Assembly (NCBI RefSeq): GCF_009914755.1
Contig: NC_060931.1
DNA from: the human T2T-CHM13v2.0 reference genome, Homo sapiens
Reading direction: 5' to 3' (one strand)
Length of the DNA: 64,000 nucleotides
The notes below the pieces were generated by a model. It was not told the DNA's origin, did no database searches, and saw only the letters and a program-made list of their open reading frames with translations. Shown here one piece after another: positions 26,669 through 38,884 of the stretch. Within the stretch, counting starts at the first letter, position 1. Each line of letters opens with the position of its first letter. The translations under genes were made by a program, and so were the position numbers.

Positions 26669-27095
26669 TTTCAGGCCTCTTAGCCCAAGCCTGCATGGGT
26701 ACATCCAGATGGCCTGAGGCAACCAAAAACTACAAATAGGTGAAACAGCCAGCTCCTGTCTTAACTGATTGACCAACCTTACAACGTTCCATTATGACTT
26801 GTTACTGCCCTGCCCCAACTGATCGATTGATCGACCTCGTGACATTCTTCTTCTGGACAATGAGTCTTATGATCTCCCTACCATGCACCTTGTGACCCCC
26901 TCCTCTGCTGACAATAGATAACTTCCTTTAACTGCAACTTTCCACTGCTTACCCCAGTCCTATAAAACTGACCCACCCCTATCTCCCTTTGCAGACTCCT
27001 TTTCGGACTCAGTCAGCCTGCACCCAGGTGATTAAAAAGCTTTATTGCTCACACAAAGACTGTTTGGTGGTCTCTTCACATGGACGCAAATGACA
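26669..27095 (+). repeat. HERV-H 5' LTR (TATAAA at 26961, ATTAAA at 27031)
   Basis: TxTCAGGCCTCT...GGACGCAAATGACA; direct repeat of 33027-33454. Confidence 0.93.
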
Positions 27096-27507
27096 TTTGG
27101 TGCCAAAGACCTGGGACAGGGGGACTCCTTCGGGAGTCCCATCCCCTGTCCTCGCCCTCACTCCATGGGGAGATCCACCTCTTGGGTCCTCAGACCAGCC
27201 AGCCCAAGGTCATCTCACCAATTTTAAATCGGGTAAGCGGCCTCTTTTTATTCTCTTCTCCAACCTCTCTTGCTATCCCTCCACCCTTCAATCTCTCCCT
27301 TCCTTAATTTCAGTTTCTTTCCCTTTCTGGTAGAGACGGAGGAGATACGTTTTATCCATGAACTCAAAACTCTGGTGCCAGTCATGGACTCGGGAACAGT
27401 CTTCCCTTGGTGTCTAAATCACTGCCAGGACACCTGCCTGGTTATTCACCCACATTTCAGAGGTATCTGATCACTGTGGGGATGCCTGCCTTGATCATTC
27501 ACCTTGG

Positions 27508-27618
27508 CACAAGTACCACCTCCCCTGGGTCACAAGTATCACCTTCCCTGGGTGGCAAGTACCACCTTCCCTGGGTGGCAAGCACCACCTTCCCTGGGTG
27601 GCAAGTACCATCTCCCCT
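27508..27618 (+). repeat. 23-bp tandem repeat, about 4.8 copies (GGCAAGTACCACCTTCCCTGGGT), in the HERV-H leader
   Basis: Units start at 27508, 27531, 27554, 27577 and 27600. Confidence 0.9.
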
Positions 27619-27666
27619 CTCTCCATGTCTCTACCTTCTCTTTTCTCTGGGCTTGCCCCCTTCACT

Positions 27667-29263
27667 ATGGGCAACCTTCCAGCCTCCACTCCCTCTTCTT
27701 CTCCCTTAGCCTGTGTTCTTCAAAACCTAAAACCCCCTTTGACTAACACCTGACCTAAAACCTAAATGCCTTATTTTCTTCTGCAATACCGCTTGGCCTC
27801 AATACAAACTGGACAATGGTTCCAAATAGCCAGAAAATGACACTTTTGATTTCTCGATCTTATAAGACCTGGATGATTTTTGTTGAAAAATGGGCAAATG
27901 GTCTGAGGTGCCTGACATCCAGGCATTCTTTTATACATCAGTCTCTCCCTAGTCTCTGCTCCCAGTGTGACTCATCCCAAATCTTTCTTCTTTCTCTCCT
28001 GTCTCTTTCTTCAGTCTCCACCCTAAGCTCTGAGTCCTTTGAATCCTCCTTTTCTATGAACCCATCTGACCTCTCCCCTCCCCACCAGGCTGCTCCTCAC
28101 CAGGCCAAGCCAGGTCCCAATTCTTCCTCATCCTCTGCTCCCCCACCCTATAATAGAAGTATCACCTCCCCTCCTCACACCCACTCCACCTTACAGTTTC
28201 ATTCCGAGACTAGCCCTCCTCCACCTGCCCAACAATTTTCTCTTAGTCAGGTGGCTGGAGCTGAAGGCATAGTCAAGGTACATGTGCCTTTTTCTCTATC
28301 GACCTCTCCCAGATCAGTCAGCGTTTAGGCTCTTTTTCATCAGACCCCACTAAATATATACAGGAATTCCAATATTTAACTCAGTCCTGCGATTTAACCT
28401 GGAGTGACTGAAATGTCATCCTGACCTCCCCCCTCTCCCCAGATGAGCAGGAAAGAGTTGATACCCTAGCCCAATCTCACACTGACACCCACCAGTGCCA
28501 TGAGCCAGACCTTCAAGAAGGCATCAGGGCAGTTCCCCAAGAGCATCCCCATTGGCAGTACAAGATGGACTCCCCAGGTATAGCTAGGTGAGATTACATG
28601 GTCTCCTGCCTAGTCAAGGGGTTCAAAAAAGCAGCATACAAGGCTGTTAATTATGACAAGCTAAAGGAAACTACCCAAGGTAAAGATGAAAACCCAGCCC
28701 AGTTCATGGCCCACTTAGCACCTACCATTAGATGCTTCACAGCCCTGGACCCAGAGGGGCCAGAAGGCCGCCTTATCCTTAATATGCATTTTATGACCCA
28801 ATCCTCTCCTGACATTAGAAAAAATCTCCAAAAATTGGATTCCAGGCCTCAAACCCCACAACAGGACTTAAATAGCCTCACCTTCAAGGTGTATCATAAT
28901 AGAGAAGAGGCGGCCAAGTGACAATGCATCTCTGAATTATAGCTACTTGCCTCCAGTGTAAGACAACCCAAGACCATGTCTCCAGCATACAAAACCTTCA
29001 GAACATCCAAGCCACAGCTCCCAGGGGCTCCTTCAAAACCTCCTCATGGACCTTGCTTCAAATGCCAAAAGCCTGGCCACTGGGCCTCAGAAGGCCCACA
29101 GCCTGGGATTCCTCCTAAGCCGTGCCCTGTCTGTGTGGGCTCCAATTAGAGGTTGGACTGTCTGACTCACATCGCCACTGCTCCTAAAGTTCCTGGAGCT
29201 CAAACCCAATGTTTCTTGGCTGACTCCTTCCCAGATCTCCTTGGCTTAGTGGCTGAAGACTGA
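27667..29263 (+). pseudogene. HERV-H gag, disrupted
   Basis: ATGGGCAAC start, ORF fragments 27816-28328 and 28598-28921, multiple stops and frameshifts. Confidence 0.8.
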
Positions 29264-31797
29264 TGCTACCCGATCACCTCGGAAGCCCCCCGGAGAATCA
29301 CGGATGCCAAACTTCAGGTAACTCTTACAGCAGAGGGTAAGTCCATCCCCTGTGTAATCGATAGGGGGGATACCCACTCCACACTACCTTCTTTTCAAGG
29401 GCCTGCTTCCCTTGCCCCCATAACTGTTGTGGGTATTGACGGCCAGGTTTCTAAACCTCTTAAAACTCCCCAACTTTGGTGCCAAATTGGGCAACATTCT
29501 TTTATGCACTCCTTTTTAGTTATCCCCACCTGCCAGTTCCCTTATTAGGCTGAGATATTTTAACCAAATTATCTGCTTCTCTGACTATTCCTGGACTACA
29601 GCTACATCTCATTGCCATCCTTCTTCCCAACCCAAAGCCTCCTTCGTGTCTTCCTCTTGTATCCCCCCACCTTAACCCACAGGTATGGGACACCTCTACT
29701 CCCTCCCTGGCAACTGATCACATGCCCATTACTATCCCATTAAAGCCTAATCACCCTTACCCAGCTTAACGCCAGTATCCCATCCCACAAGAGGCTTTAA
29801 GGAGATTGAAGCCTGTTATCACTCACCTGCTACAGCATGGGCTTCTAAAGCCTACAAACTCTCCTTATAATTCCCCCATCTTACCTGTCTAAAAACCAGA
29901 CAAGTCTTACAGGTTTGTTCAGGATCTGCGCCTTATCAACAAAATTGTTTTCCTATCCACCCTGTGGTGCCCAACCCGTACACTCTTTTGTTCTCAATAT
30001 CTCCCTCCACAACTCACTATTCCATTCTTGATCTTAAAGATGCTTTTTTCACTATTCCCCTGCACCACACATCCCAGCCTCTCTTTGCTTTTACCTAAAC
30101 TGACCCTGACACCCATCAGTCCCAGCAGCTTACCTGGGCTGTACTGCCACAAGGCTTCTGGGACAGCCCTCATTACTTCAGCCAAGCTCTCTCTCATGAT
30201 TTACTTTCTTCCCATCCCTCTGCTTCCCACATTATTCAATATATTGATGACCTTCTACTCTGTAGTCCCTCCTTTGAGTCTTTTCAACAAGATACCCTCC
30301 TGCTCCTTCAACATTTACTCTCCAAAGGATATCGGGTATCCCCCTCCAAAGCTCAAATTTCTTCTCCATCCGTTACGTACCTCAGCATAATTCTTCATGA
30401 AAACACATGGGGTCTCCCTGCTGATCATGTCTGGCTGATCTCTGAAACCCCAACCCCTTCTACAAAACAACTCCTTTCCTTCCTGGGCATGGTTGGATAC
30501 TTTTGCCTTTGGATACCTGGTTTTGCCATCCTAACAAAACCATTATATAAACTCACAAAGGGAAACCTAGCTGACCCCATAAGTCCTAAATCCTTTCCTC
30601 ACTCCTCTTTCCATTCCTTGAAGACAGCTCTAGAGGCTGTTCCCATACTAGCTCTTCCTGACTCATCCCAACTCTTTTCATTACACACAGCCAAAGTGCA
30701 GGGCTGTGCAGCTGGAATTCTTACACAAGGACTGGGACCGTGCTCTGTAGCCTTTTTGTCCAAACAACTTGACCTTACTGTTTTAGGCTGGTCATCATGT
30801 CTCTGTGCAGTGGCTGCCACCACCCTAATACTTTTAGAAGCCCTCAAAATCACAAACTATGCTCAACTCACTCCATACAGTTCTCATAACTTCCAAAATA
30901 TATTTCCTTCCTCACACCTGATGCATATACTTTCTGTTCCCCAGCTCCTTTAGCAATACCCACTCTCTGTTGAGTCTCCCACAATTACCATTGTACCTGG
31001 CCTGGGCTTCAGTCTGGCCTCCCACATTATTCCTGATACCACACCTTATCCCCATGACTGTATCTCTCTGATCCATCTGACATTCACTCTATTTCCCCAT
31101 ATTTCCTTCTTTCCTGTTTTTCACCTGAATCACAGTTAGTTTATTGATGGCAGTTCCACCAGGCCTAATCACCACTCACCAGCAAAGGCAGGCTGTGCTA
31201 TATTATCTTCCACATCTATCATTGAGGCTACTGCTCTGCCCCCCTCCACTATCTCTCAGCAAGCCAAACTCATTGCCTTAACTTGGGGCCTCACTCTTGC
31301 AAAGGGACTACACATCAATATTTATACTGACTCTAAATGCTGTCCATATCCTGCACCACCATGCTGTAATATGGGCTGAAAGAAGTTTCTTCACTATGCA
31401 AGTGTCCTCCATCATTAATGCCTCTTTAATAAAAATTCTTCTCAAGGCCACTTTACTTCCAAAAAAAGCTGGAGTCATTCACTGCAAAGGCCATCAAAGG
31501 GCCTCAGACCCCATTGCTCAAGGCAACAATTATGCTGATAAGACAGCTAAAGAAGCAACCAGTATTCCTACTTCTGTCCCTCATGGCCAGTTTTTCTCCT
31601 TCTCATCAGTCACTCCTATTTACTCTCCCACTGAAGTTTCCATCTATCAATCCCTCCCCACTCAAGGAAGATGGTTCTTAGACCAAGAAAAATATCTCCT
31701 TCCAGTCTCACAGGCCCATTCTATTCTGTTGTCATTTCATGACCTCTTCCATGTAGGTTACAAGCAACTAGCCCCCTCCTAGAACTTCTCATTTCCC
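29264..31797 (+). pseudogene. HERV-H pro-pol (protease, RT, RNase H), disrupted; integrase largely deleted
   Basis: Degenerate protease site IDRG, YIDD, ORF fragments 30489-30953 and 31297-31782; abrupt switch to env-like sequence near 31797. Confidence 0.8.
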
Positions 31798-32842
31798 TTA
31801 AGACATTTGCCCTGTATTTCACTCCATTCTTGGCTACCTTCCCCTTGTTCTTCAGACTCTCCTCCCATTCCCCCTTCTTGTTTACTTATACCGAACCCCA
31901 TGAATAGCAATGAAAGTTTGGTTGTAGACACTATGCTCTTTCTCATACCCAGTTGCCCCATCAATCCCCATTATGACCACTAAGGGCTGATGCCCTCACT
32001 AAATCCCTAAGAGTCTGGGTGCAAGACACCTCTTTTGGCACTCCCTCTCATCTTTTCACTTTGCATTTCCAGTTTTGCCTCACACAAGGCCTCTGCTTCC
32101 TCTGTGGCTCCACCACGTACATATGTCTATCTGCTAATTGGACAGGTACATGTACACTAGTATTTCTTATTCCCAAATTGAAAAAATTCAATTTGCAAAT
32201 GGGACTGAACAACTTCCTGTCCCCCTCATGACACCAACCAGACAAAAATGAGTTATTCCTCTAATCCCTCTACTTGTAGGGTTAGGACTTTCTGCTTCCA
32301 CTATTGCCCTTGGAGCTGGAATAGCAGGTATTTCAACTTCTGTCACAACTTTCTGTAGCCTTTCTAATGACTTTTCTGCTAGCATTACAGATACGTCACA
32401 AACTTTATCAGTCCTTCAGACCCAGGTTGACTTCTTAGCCCTAGTCGTCCTCCAACATCGCTGAGGCCTTGACCTACTCACTGCTGAAAAAGGAGTACTC
32501 TATATTTTTAAATGAAGAATGTTGTTTTTATCTAAACCAATCTGGCCTGGTATATAACAGTATAAAAAAGCTTAAAGATAAAGACCAAAAACTCACCAGC
32601 CAGGCAAATACTTATTTTGGACCCACCTGGACACTTTCTAACTGGGTGTCTTAGCTCCTCCCTATTCTTAGTCCTCTGGTACCTGTTTTTCTCCTTCTGT
32701 TATTCGGGACTTGTGTCTTCAATTGGTTTCTCAATTAATATAAAAACACATTCAGACTATCACCAATTATTCTATACAACAAATATTACTTTTAACAAGT
32801 CCATGGTACCATCCTCTGCCCCAAGATCTCCCCACAGCCTAA
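31798..32842 (+). pseudogene. HERV-H env remnant (end of SU plus TM)
   Basis: CFLCG...ANWTGTCTL; immunosuppressive domain LQHR*GLDLLTAEKG at 32450-32500; EECCFYLNQSG. Confidence 0.8.
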
Positions 32843-33026
32843 ATTCCTATTCCTTGTAACTCATTATAAAATTTTCTTTAAGGTGTCCACATGGCCCATA
32901 ATCCCGCTTGAAGCAGCCCTGAGAAACATCATCCATTATCTCTCCATACCACCCCCCAAAAATTTTTGCTGCCCCAACACTTTGCCACTATTTTGTTTTA
33001 TTTTTCTTAATATAAAAAGACAGGAA

Positions 33027-33454
33027 TGTCAGGCCTCTGAGCCCAAGCCTGCACGTGTACATCCAGATGGCCTGAGGCAACTGAAAACTGCAAAAGAAAT
33101 GAAACAGCCAGCTCCTGTCTTAACTGATTGAGCAATCTTACGACATTCCATTATGACTTGTTCCTGCCCTGTCCCAACTGATTGATCAATCAACCTGGTG
33201 ACATTCTTCTCTGCACAATGAGTCTTATGATCTCCCCACCATGCACCTTGTGGCCCCCTCCACTGCTGACAATGGATAACCACCTTTAACTGTAACTTTC
33301 CACTGCTTACCCCACTCCTATAAAACTGCCCCACCCCTATCTCCCCTTGCTGACTCCTTTTTCAGACTCAGTTGGCCTGCACCCAAGTGATTAAAAACAT
33401 TTATTGCTCACACAAAGCCTGTTTGGTGGTCTCCTCACACGGACGCATGTGAAA
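33027..33454 (+). repeat. HERV-H 3' LTR (TATAAA at 33319, ATTAAA at 33390)
   Basis: TGTCAGGCCTCTGAGCCCAAGC...GGACGCATGTGAAA. Confidence 0.93.
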
Positions 33455-34578
33455 GTAGGGAAATTATTGCTTTTGCAGAGGGAAAAAATATGAAATTCCT
33501 GGGCAGTAATTAGACAACAAAGCCCTCACTTAGGAGAACTAGAATCTGAGAAACAAGCCTCAGGTATGCAGGTCAGATTGTCTAAGCCAGAGAGCTGACT
33601 CCTGCTGCTGCTGGCCCTGTGGAAATAAGCTCATAATTTTCCATCCAGGGACCAGGCCCTGAACACAGCATCAGATAAGGTTAGGCACAAAGGCTCGACC
33701 AAAGTCCCCAGTCCATGAGGCACATATGACATTCTATTTAGTGAAATTAAATATTCAATAATTTTGTCAAATCATCCCCTTTCTAGTGATTTTGCATGTG
33801 ATTCTGCCTTTGTGTAAAAAATAAACCCATGAATTCATATTGTGCTTAAATATCTGAGGTTAATAGACAACCACTATCTCATCTCAGTTACATCCACTCC
33901 CTGCTCAGACTCACCCACAAGACGCAGCCTTCAAAGGAAAAGAAGTAAAGCAGAACACTTTTGTTCTGTGTCTCAAAGTGGCAACAGATGTCATGGGGAG
34001 TAAGACCTGGGTTAAAGCCATGGAAATTCCCCAACAAAATTTGGCATTTTTTGAAGAGGCTTCAAGCAGGTGCAAATGACCCAATGGTAAATACTTGATC
34101 TCCCTAATAAACTGAGTTTCCAAGCTGTGCAGGAGGAAGGGAAAAAAGCCTATTCATGAGCTCTTGCTACAGAGAGGAAAGTTTTACTCTCATGTCCACA
34201 GATAACAAGCCACAATCAGGGGCTCCTGTTCCTACTTTTAATACTAACTAAGTATGGCTGTACCTTCCTGGGAACCTGCCTGGAGCAAAAAGGAAATGCT
34301 CTTTATGGTGCTCACAAAGTCTGCACATCAAGTTGTGAACATCAGATTGCTGGATCTACTTGACATTTGGGCTGTCCAACTGAGGCAAACTTGAGGTTCC
34401 TGAGAGTTAGCAAGAGAGCCCCAGGGTAAACTTTGCCACGCTCTGGGTGATGCCTACACGCTATTTCTGAAAGTATAAAATCTCAGACCTTCCTCTTGAG
34501 GAGAAGCATTTTTACTGATGGAACTAAGTTGCTCTTTGCAATCATAAGAAGCAAAAGAGGAAGCTCAAAAACACTCAC

Positions 34579-34672
34579 CTTACGGAAGGACAAAGCATTT
34601 CCCAAAAAAGGCAGAGGTGTGGGCCCTGGAATTCCAAGCTTCTTAAAAAGTCCATGTGTACGGGTTCCATAT
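34579..34672 (-). CDS. CYP3A7: CYP3A7 exon 2, [31 protein letters not shown]
   Basis: 94 nt, AG/GT flanks, proline-rich hinge. Confidence 0.97.
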
Positions 34673-35532
34673 CTACAAAGTGAAACAAAAATCAGGTCTC
34701 AGGGATTGTGACTTTATAGATATAGGGGCTGGTGAGTCACTGACTGAGGAACTGGAATGATCAGGCAAAGGAGGTAACATTAAGGCAATAAAAAATAACA
34801 GTAACTCTGACGGCAATGATTATATTTGTTCATCAGGTCCTTTCATGCTTCCACCATGAGACACCAAAAAGTTACAATGATTAGCTAAAAGCAGCTGAAG
34901 TCTTCATGGCCCCAGTCTGGGATGAATATTTGATAAATGTTCTCAAATGTGAATGATCCTGAGAGGTTCAGGAACGAATTCTTCCAGGCACTTCATTCCC
35001 TCATGTCTTTTTAGTAAGTGGACTCTTCCCTGATTTTGGGATTCTCATCCTAGGTAGAAAGAGTGACAATTTTTCTTTTGTCTTCTGCAGTGATGATGAG
35101 ATTTTGCATCACTGCATCCACTCAGTCACAGGGGGTCACTGAGAGCCTATGGTGACCCTGTCTTTAGAATTTGCTCAGAGGCTTTTAAGCTTTCCCTTCA
35201 CTCTAAGCTCTGACCCTGTTTTAGGATCTGGCCCTTCTTAAACTGTCATTCACAGAGAGGTCTTGGAGGAGTCACAGAGTCCTTATTTCTACAGATTGAC
35301 AACTGTGCTCCAGGCTTCCATTGGCCTCGTAGAAGTGCGAGCACCTTTTAGCTACACCTCAGTCTCTGTGGTCAGAGGATCTGATTGATTTGAGCTATTG
35401 GGGAGGATGATTGACTCATATTTTCCTGAATGACACTGTGCAGAAGAATCACAACTAAGAACAAGGACATTCCTCCTCTTGTGGAATCTAGCCTTCCAAC
35501 TGGTGATATCCACCTGATAAGCACAGTGCCAG

Positions 35533-35946
35533 TGATATGATCTGAATCTGTGCCCCTACCCAAATCTCATGTTGAAATGTAATCCCCAATTCTGGAAGTG
35601 GGGCCTGATAGATGGTGGTTGTATCTTAGAGGCAGTTTCTCATGGTTTCACACCATCCCCCTTGGGTGCTGTCCTCTTGACAATGAGTTTTTATGAGATC
35701 TGGTGGTTTATAAGTGTGTGGCACCTCCTCCCCACCCTCTCTTGCTTCTGCTCCAGTCATGTAAGATCTGCCTGCTTCTTTTTCACCTTCTGCCATGATT
35801 GTAAATTTCCTGAGGGCACCCTAGCGGCAGAAGTCGCTATGCTTCCTGTAGAGCCTGCAGAACCATGAGCCAATTAAATCTCTTTCCTTTCTAAATTACC
35901 CACCCTGAGATTTTTTTTTATAGCAATGGAAGAAAAGACTAATACA
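35533..35946 (+). mobile_element. MST-family MaLR solo LTR in CYP3A7 intron 1
   Basis: Perfect GCCAG TSD on both sides. Confidence 0.82.
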
Positions 35947-38091
35947 GCCAGACATGCTCATTTTTTTTCAAGGTGATCAATTACAAAGCAGTCAGTTTAT
36001 TGCGTCTGCACATCAACTGTCTCTGTAGGAAAACCCATCAAGGCTGCTGCTCCCTATAGCAGGCCTGCTTGCAACCCATCTTTGATGGGCCATGTATGGA
36101 CTTCCCCAACTGGGGATTCTGGATATCTGAAGACCTTCCCAGTTTGAGGTTACTGAGGGGTGGAAGACTGGATGAAGCAGAAAAGTTGATGGAAGAGGTA
36201 GCCAGCCATCAATTCAACCATGAATCTGCTAGTCCCACAAGCTTGGCCCCAGACAGGCAAATTAGGAAAATGTGGTTCAAAAGTACGGTGTGTATAAATG
36301 GATCCATATGCCTCATATGTGCTTTCAGCTGAAAGGCAGGCACCTTCTAATGGCCAGGTACCTTCCTGTTGATAGCAAAAGATGGAGTATTCCACATAAG
36401 TAACCATAAAATGTTCCAGATAGTTGAATTAAGACCTTGTTTTCTCTTCTTTAAAGGGTAGCCATTAAGGCAGTATAGGTTCCAAACATTCTGTACAAAT
36501 CCAGTGACTCTGATAATATGTGGTAAAATACAACTAAGAAACAGCATGGAGGCTCGTGTTTGGAGAACCCAGCAGAGACAGCATAGCCAGGCCCAATAGT
36601 GCATTTGGATCCTTGCCCCAGAATAGTTAGTGGAAGTGTGTGCACCATCTACCACAACCAGGGTGGCCTTGGGTTTTCCCACTCCTGTTCCTTCCTTTGT
36701 TGTCACAGCCATGGAAAATCAATGGCACTAATCTCTGCTTCTAAACTTTCTACATGTTACATGATCTCTCAGGCCAGGACAAACTATTGAGTTAATGTGT
36801 GAGCAGCATTGGCCCCCGAGGAAAGATCTAGGTGAGTGTCTAGATTCACATGATTCCACGTCAAGGCAGAGGCTGTGCTTGGCAAACTGTTTAGTTTCTT
36901 TCCAGCTCCCCTCTGTTTGGTAGAGTAATGCTGCTTTTTGTTACAATGAAGAGGCTAACAGAAAAATCCATCATCTATTGCATGTAATTGTATAGGCCTA
37001 AGAAGGGCATGGTCTACACTATAGCTTCTGAATCCTGGGCTGTACCGGCATCGTCTAAGGCTAAGGTATTGTCTGCCTGACTGCCAGAATCTGTAGTGAC
37101 AGCCCCACAACATGGCCAGCCACACACAGAGTGACACTGATGGTGCCCTTGTGTCCAGGCTTCAAGCAGATGAGATGCCAACATGTTTGTCCTTCAAGTG
37201 ACCTCCACTAGGGGGCCAGGACCCATGAATATCTATTTGGAGTTCTACCCTGAGGGGTAAGGAATATTTTCTCACTTCATCTTGATCCTACCTGGATGCT
37301 TTTGCTATCATCACTGGCTCACAGTCTTGCTTACTTTCTAGCCCTGAGAGTTTAGGATAACCTGCTAAGTAGGTGTATTTGAAATGGGGGTATTAAAATA
37401 AACTCTTGGGAAAGTATTTTTAAAAAGACATATGCAGTCTTGTCCTAGAGATATATATTTGTACATTAGACTCATATTCCTGACATTATTCTGGAAAGGT
37501 GAGGTTATCTTATACACATTTATTGTCACAAATACTGAACTAATAGCCCTCTTTTATCACTCAGAAGGAACATGCTGGAAATAGTCTATCTCCAAAAAAA
37601 TCTGGCTTTAAAAAGGATGAATTTAAGCCACACCAATTCATGTTAAATTGCCAGTAGATGGAAACTATGTTACCACAACTCACTGAATTGCTAACTTTTC
37701 TGTGAAAGAATTAAAACGAGGTTTGTATTTTCTGTTTCCATGTGACCATGATTCCTTACTCTTAATAACTGTGAAATTGAGTTAGAAGTAAAATGTGACA
37801 GGCGGGAAGCCTCCAGTACACACAGTAGGGAGTGACTCTTCTCTCCACCTGCTCTAGGATGCCAGGATCTCACTGGTGAGAAGATTCACCCTCTTCTCCT
37901 GCAACTTAAAGGGAAAAATGTAAAATCCAAATTCTGGTTTGGTAAGCTGGGTACAAACCATTGTCTATTAGATTATCCTCAATCAATGCTGTCCCTAAAC
38001 CCTTCTTTCCACTAAAGATGAATGGGGGAGATGCTTATTTATTCCTTTATAGATCTGCAAAACATCCATCATAACCTCTATATGTTTGTAG

Positions 38092-38440
<349 letters not shown>

Positions 38441-38542
38441 TGAACATCCTTTTTGCTATTCAAAACAGATAAGGGAAAGAGAGGCCTGATTAGCACCCCA
38501 AGTCCAAGGAAACAGAGAAGAGGAGCCTGAACAGTTACTCAC

Positions 38543-38613
38543 AGATAGAGGAGTATCAGGCTGACAGCCAGGAGAAGCCAGGTTTCCACGGCCAAGTTTG
38601 GGATGAGATCCAT
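38543..38613 (-). CDS. CYP3A7: CYP3A7 exon 1 coding part, MDLIPNLAVETWLLLAVSLILLY(L) (membrane anchor)
   Basis: ATG at 38613-38611, 71 nt, donor GTGAGT. Confidence 0.97.
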
Positions 38614-38739
38614 CACTACTTTCCTTCCTTATCTCTCTCCTCTGAGTCTTTTTTTCAGCAGCGTGCTGCTGTTTGCTGGGCTGTGTGTGTGGAGCTTTCC
38701 TGCCCTGCACAGCAGTGATTCAGTGAGGCTGTTGGATTG

Positions 38740-38745
38740 TTTATA
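38740..38745 (-). promoter_or_regulatory. CYP3A7: CYP3A7 TATA box (TATAAA)
   Basis: About 25 bp upstream of the expected TSS near 38720. Confidence 0.85.
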
Positions 38746-38866
38746 TGCTGGAGAAGGAGGCAGGGCTGGAGCTGCAGCCAGTAGCAGGGCCCCCGTGCTC
38801 TGCCTGCAGTCGGAAGAGGCTTCTCCACCTCGGCAGTTGGCAAATAATCACACACACACCACTCAC

Positions 38867-38884
38867 TGACCTCCATTGAGTTAA
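38867..38884 (-). promoter_or_regulatory. CYP3A7: CYP3A7 proximal ER6, TTAACTcaatggAGGTCA (weak *1A form)
   Basis: Differs at two positions from the CYP3A4/*1C element TGAACTcaaaggAGGTCA. Confidence 0.9.

Larger units (their letters stand above)
26669..33454 (+). mobile_element. HERV-H provirus (LTR7 family, probably older LTR7C / HERV-H/F type) in CYP3A7 intron 2, antisense to the gene; defective gag-pro-pol-env
   Basis: Two LTRs of about 427 bp; TSD GTGGG/GTAGG; PBS 27098-27116; PPT 33014-33026; gag MHR QGKDENPAQF; zinc knuckle CFKCQKPGHW at 29054; RT YIDD at 30240-30251; RNase H HCKGHQ; env TM EECCFYLNQSG. Confidence 0.93.

Noticed and set aside
27508-27618. CRISPR-like array
   Set aside because: Head-to-tail repeats with no spacers, inside a HERV-H leader in primate DNA.
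27816-32654. Functional retroviral gag/pol/env ORFs
   Set aside because: Many stops and frameshifts, a mutated protease site and deleted integrase.
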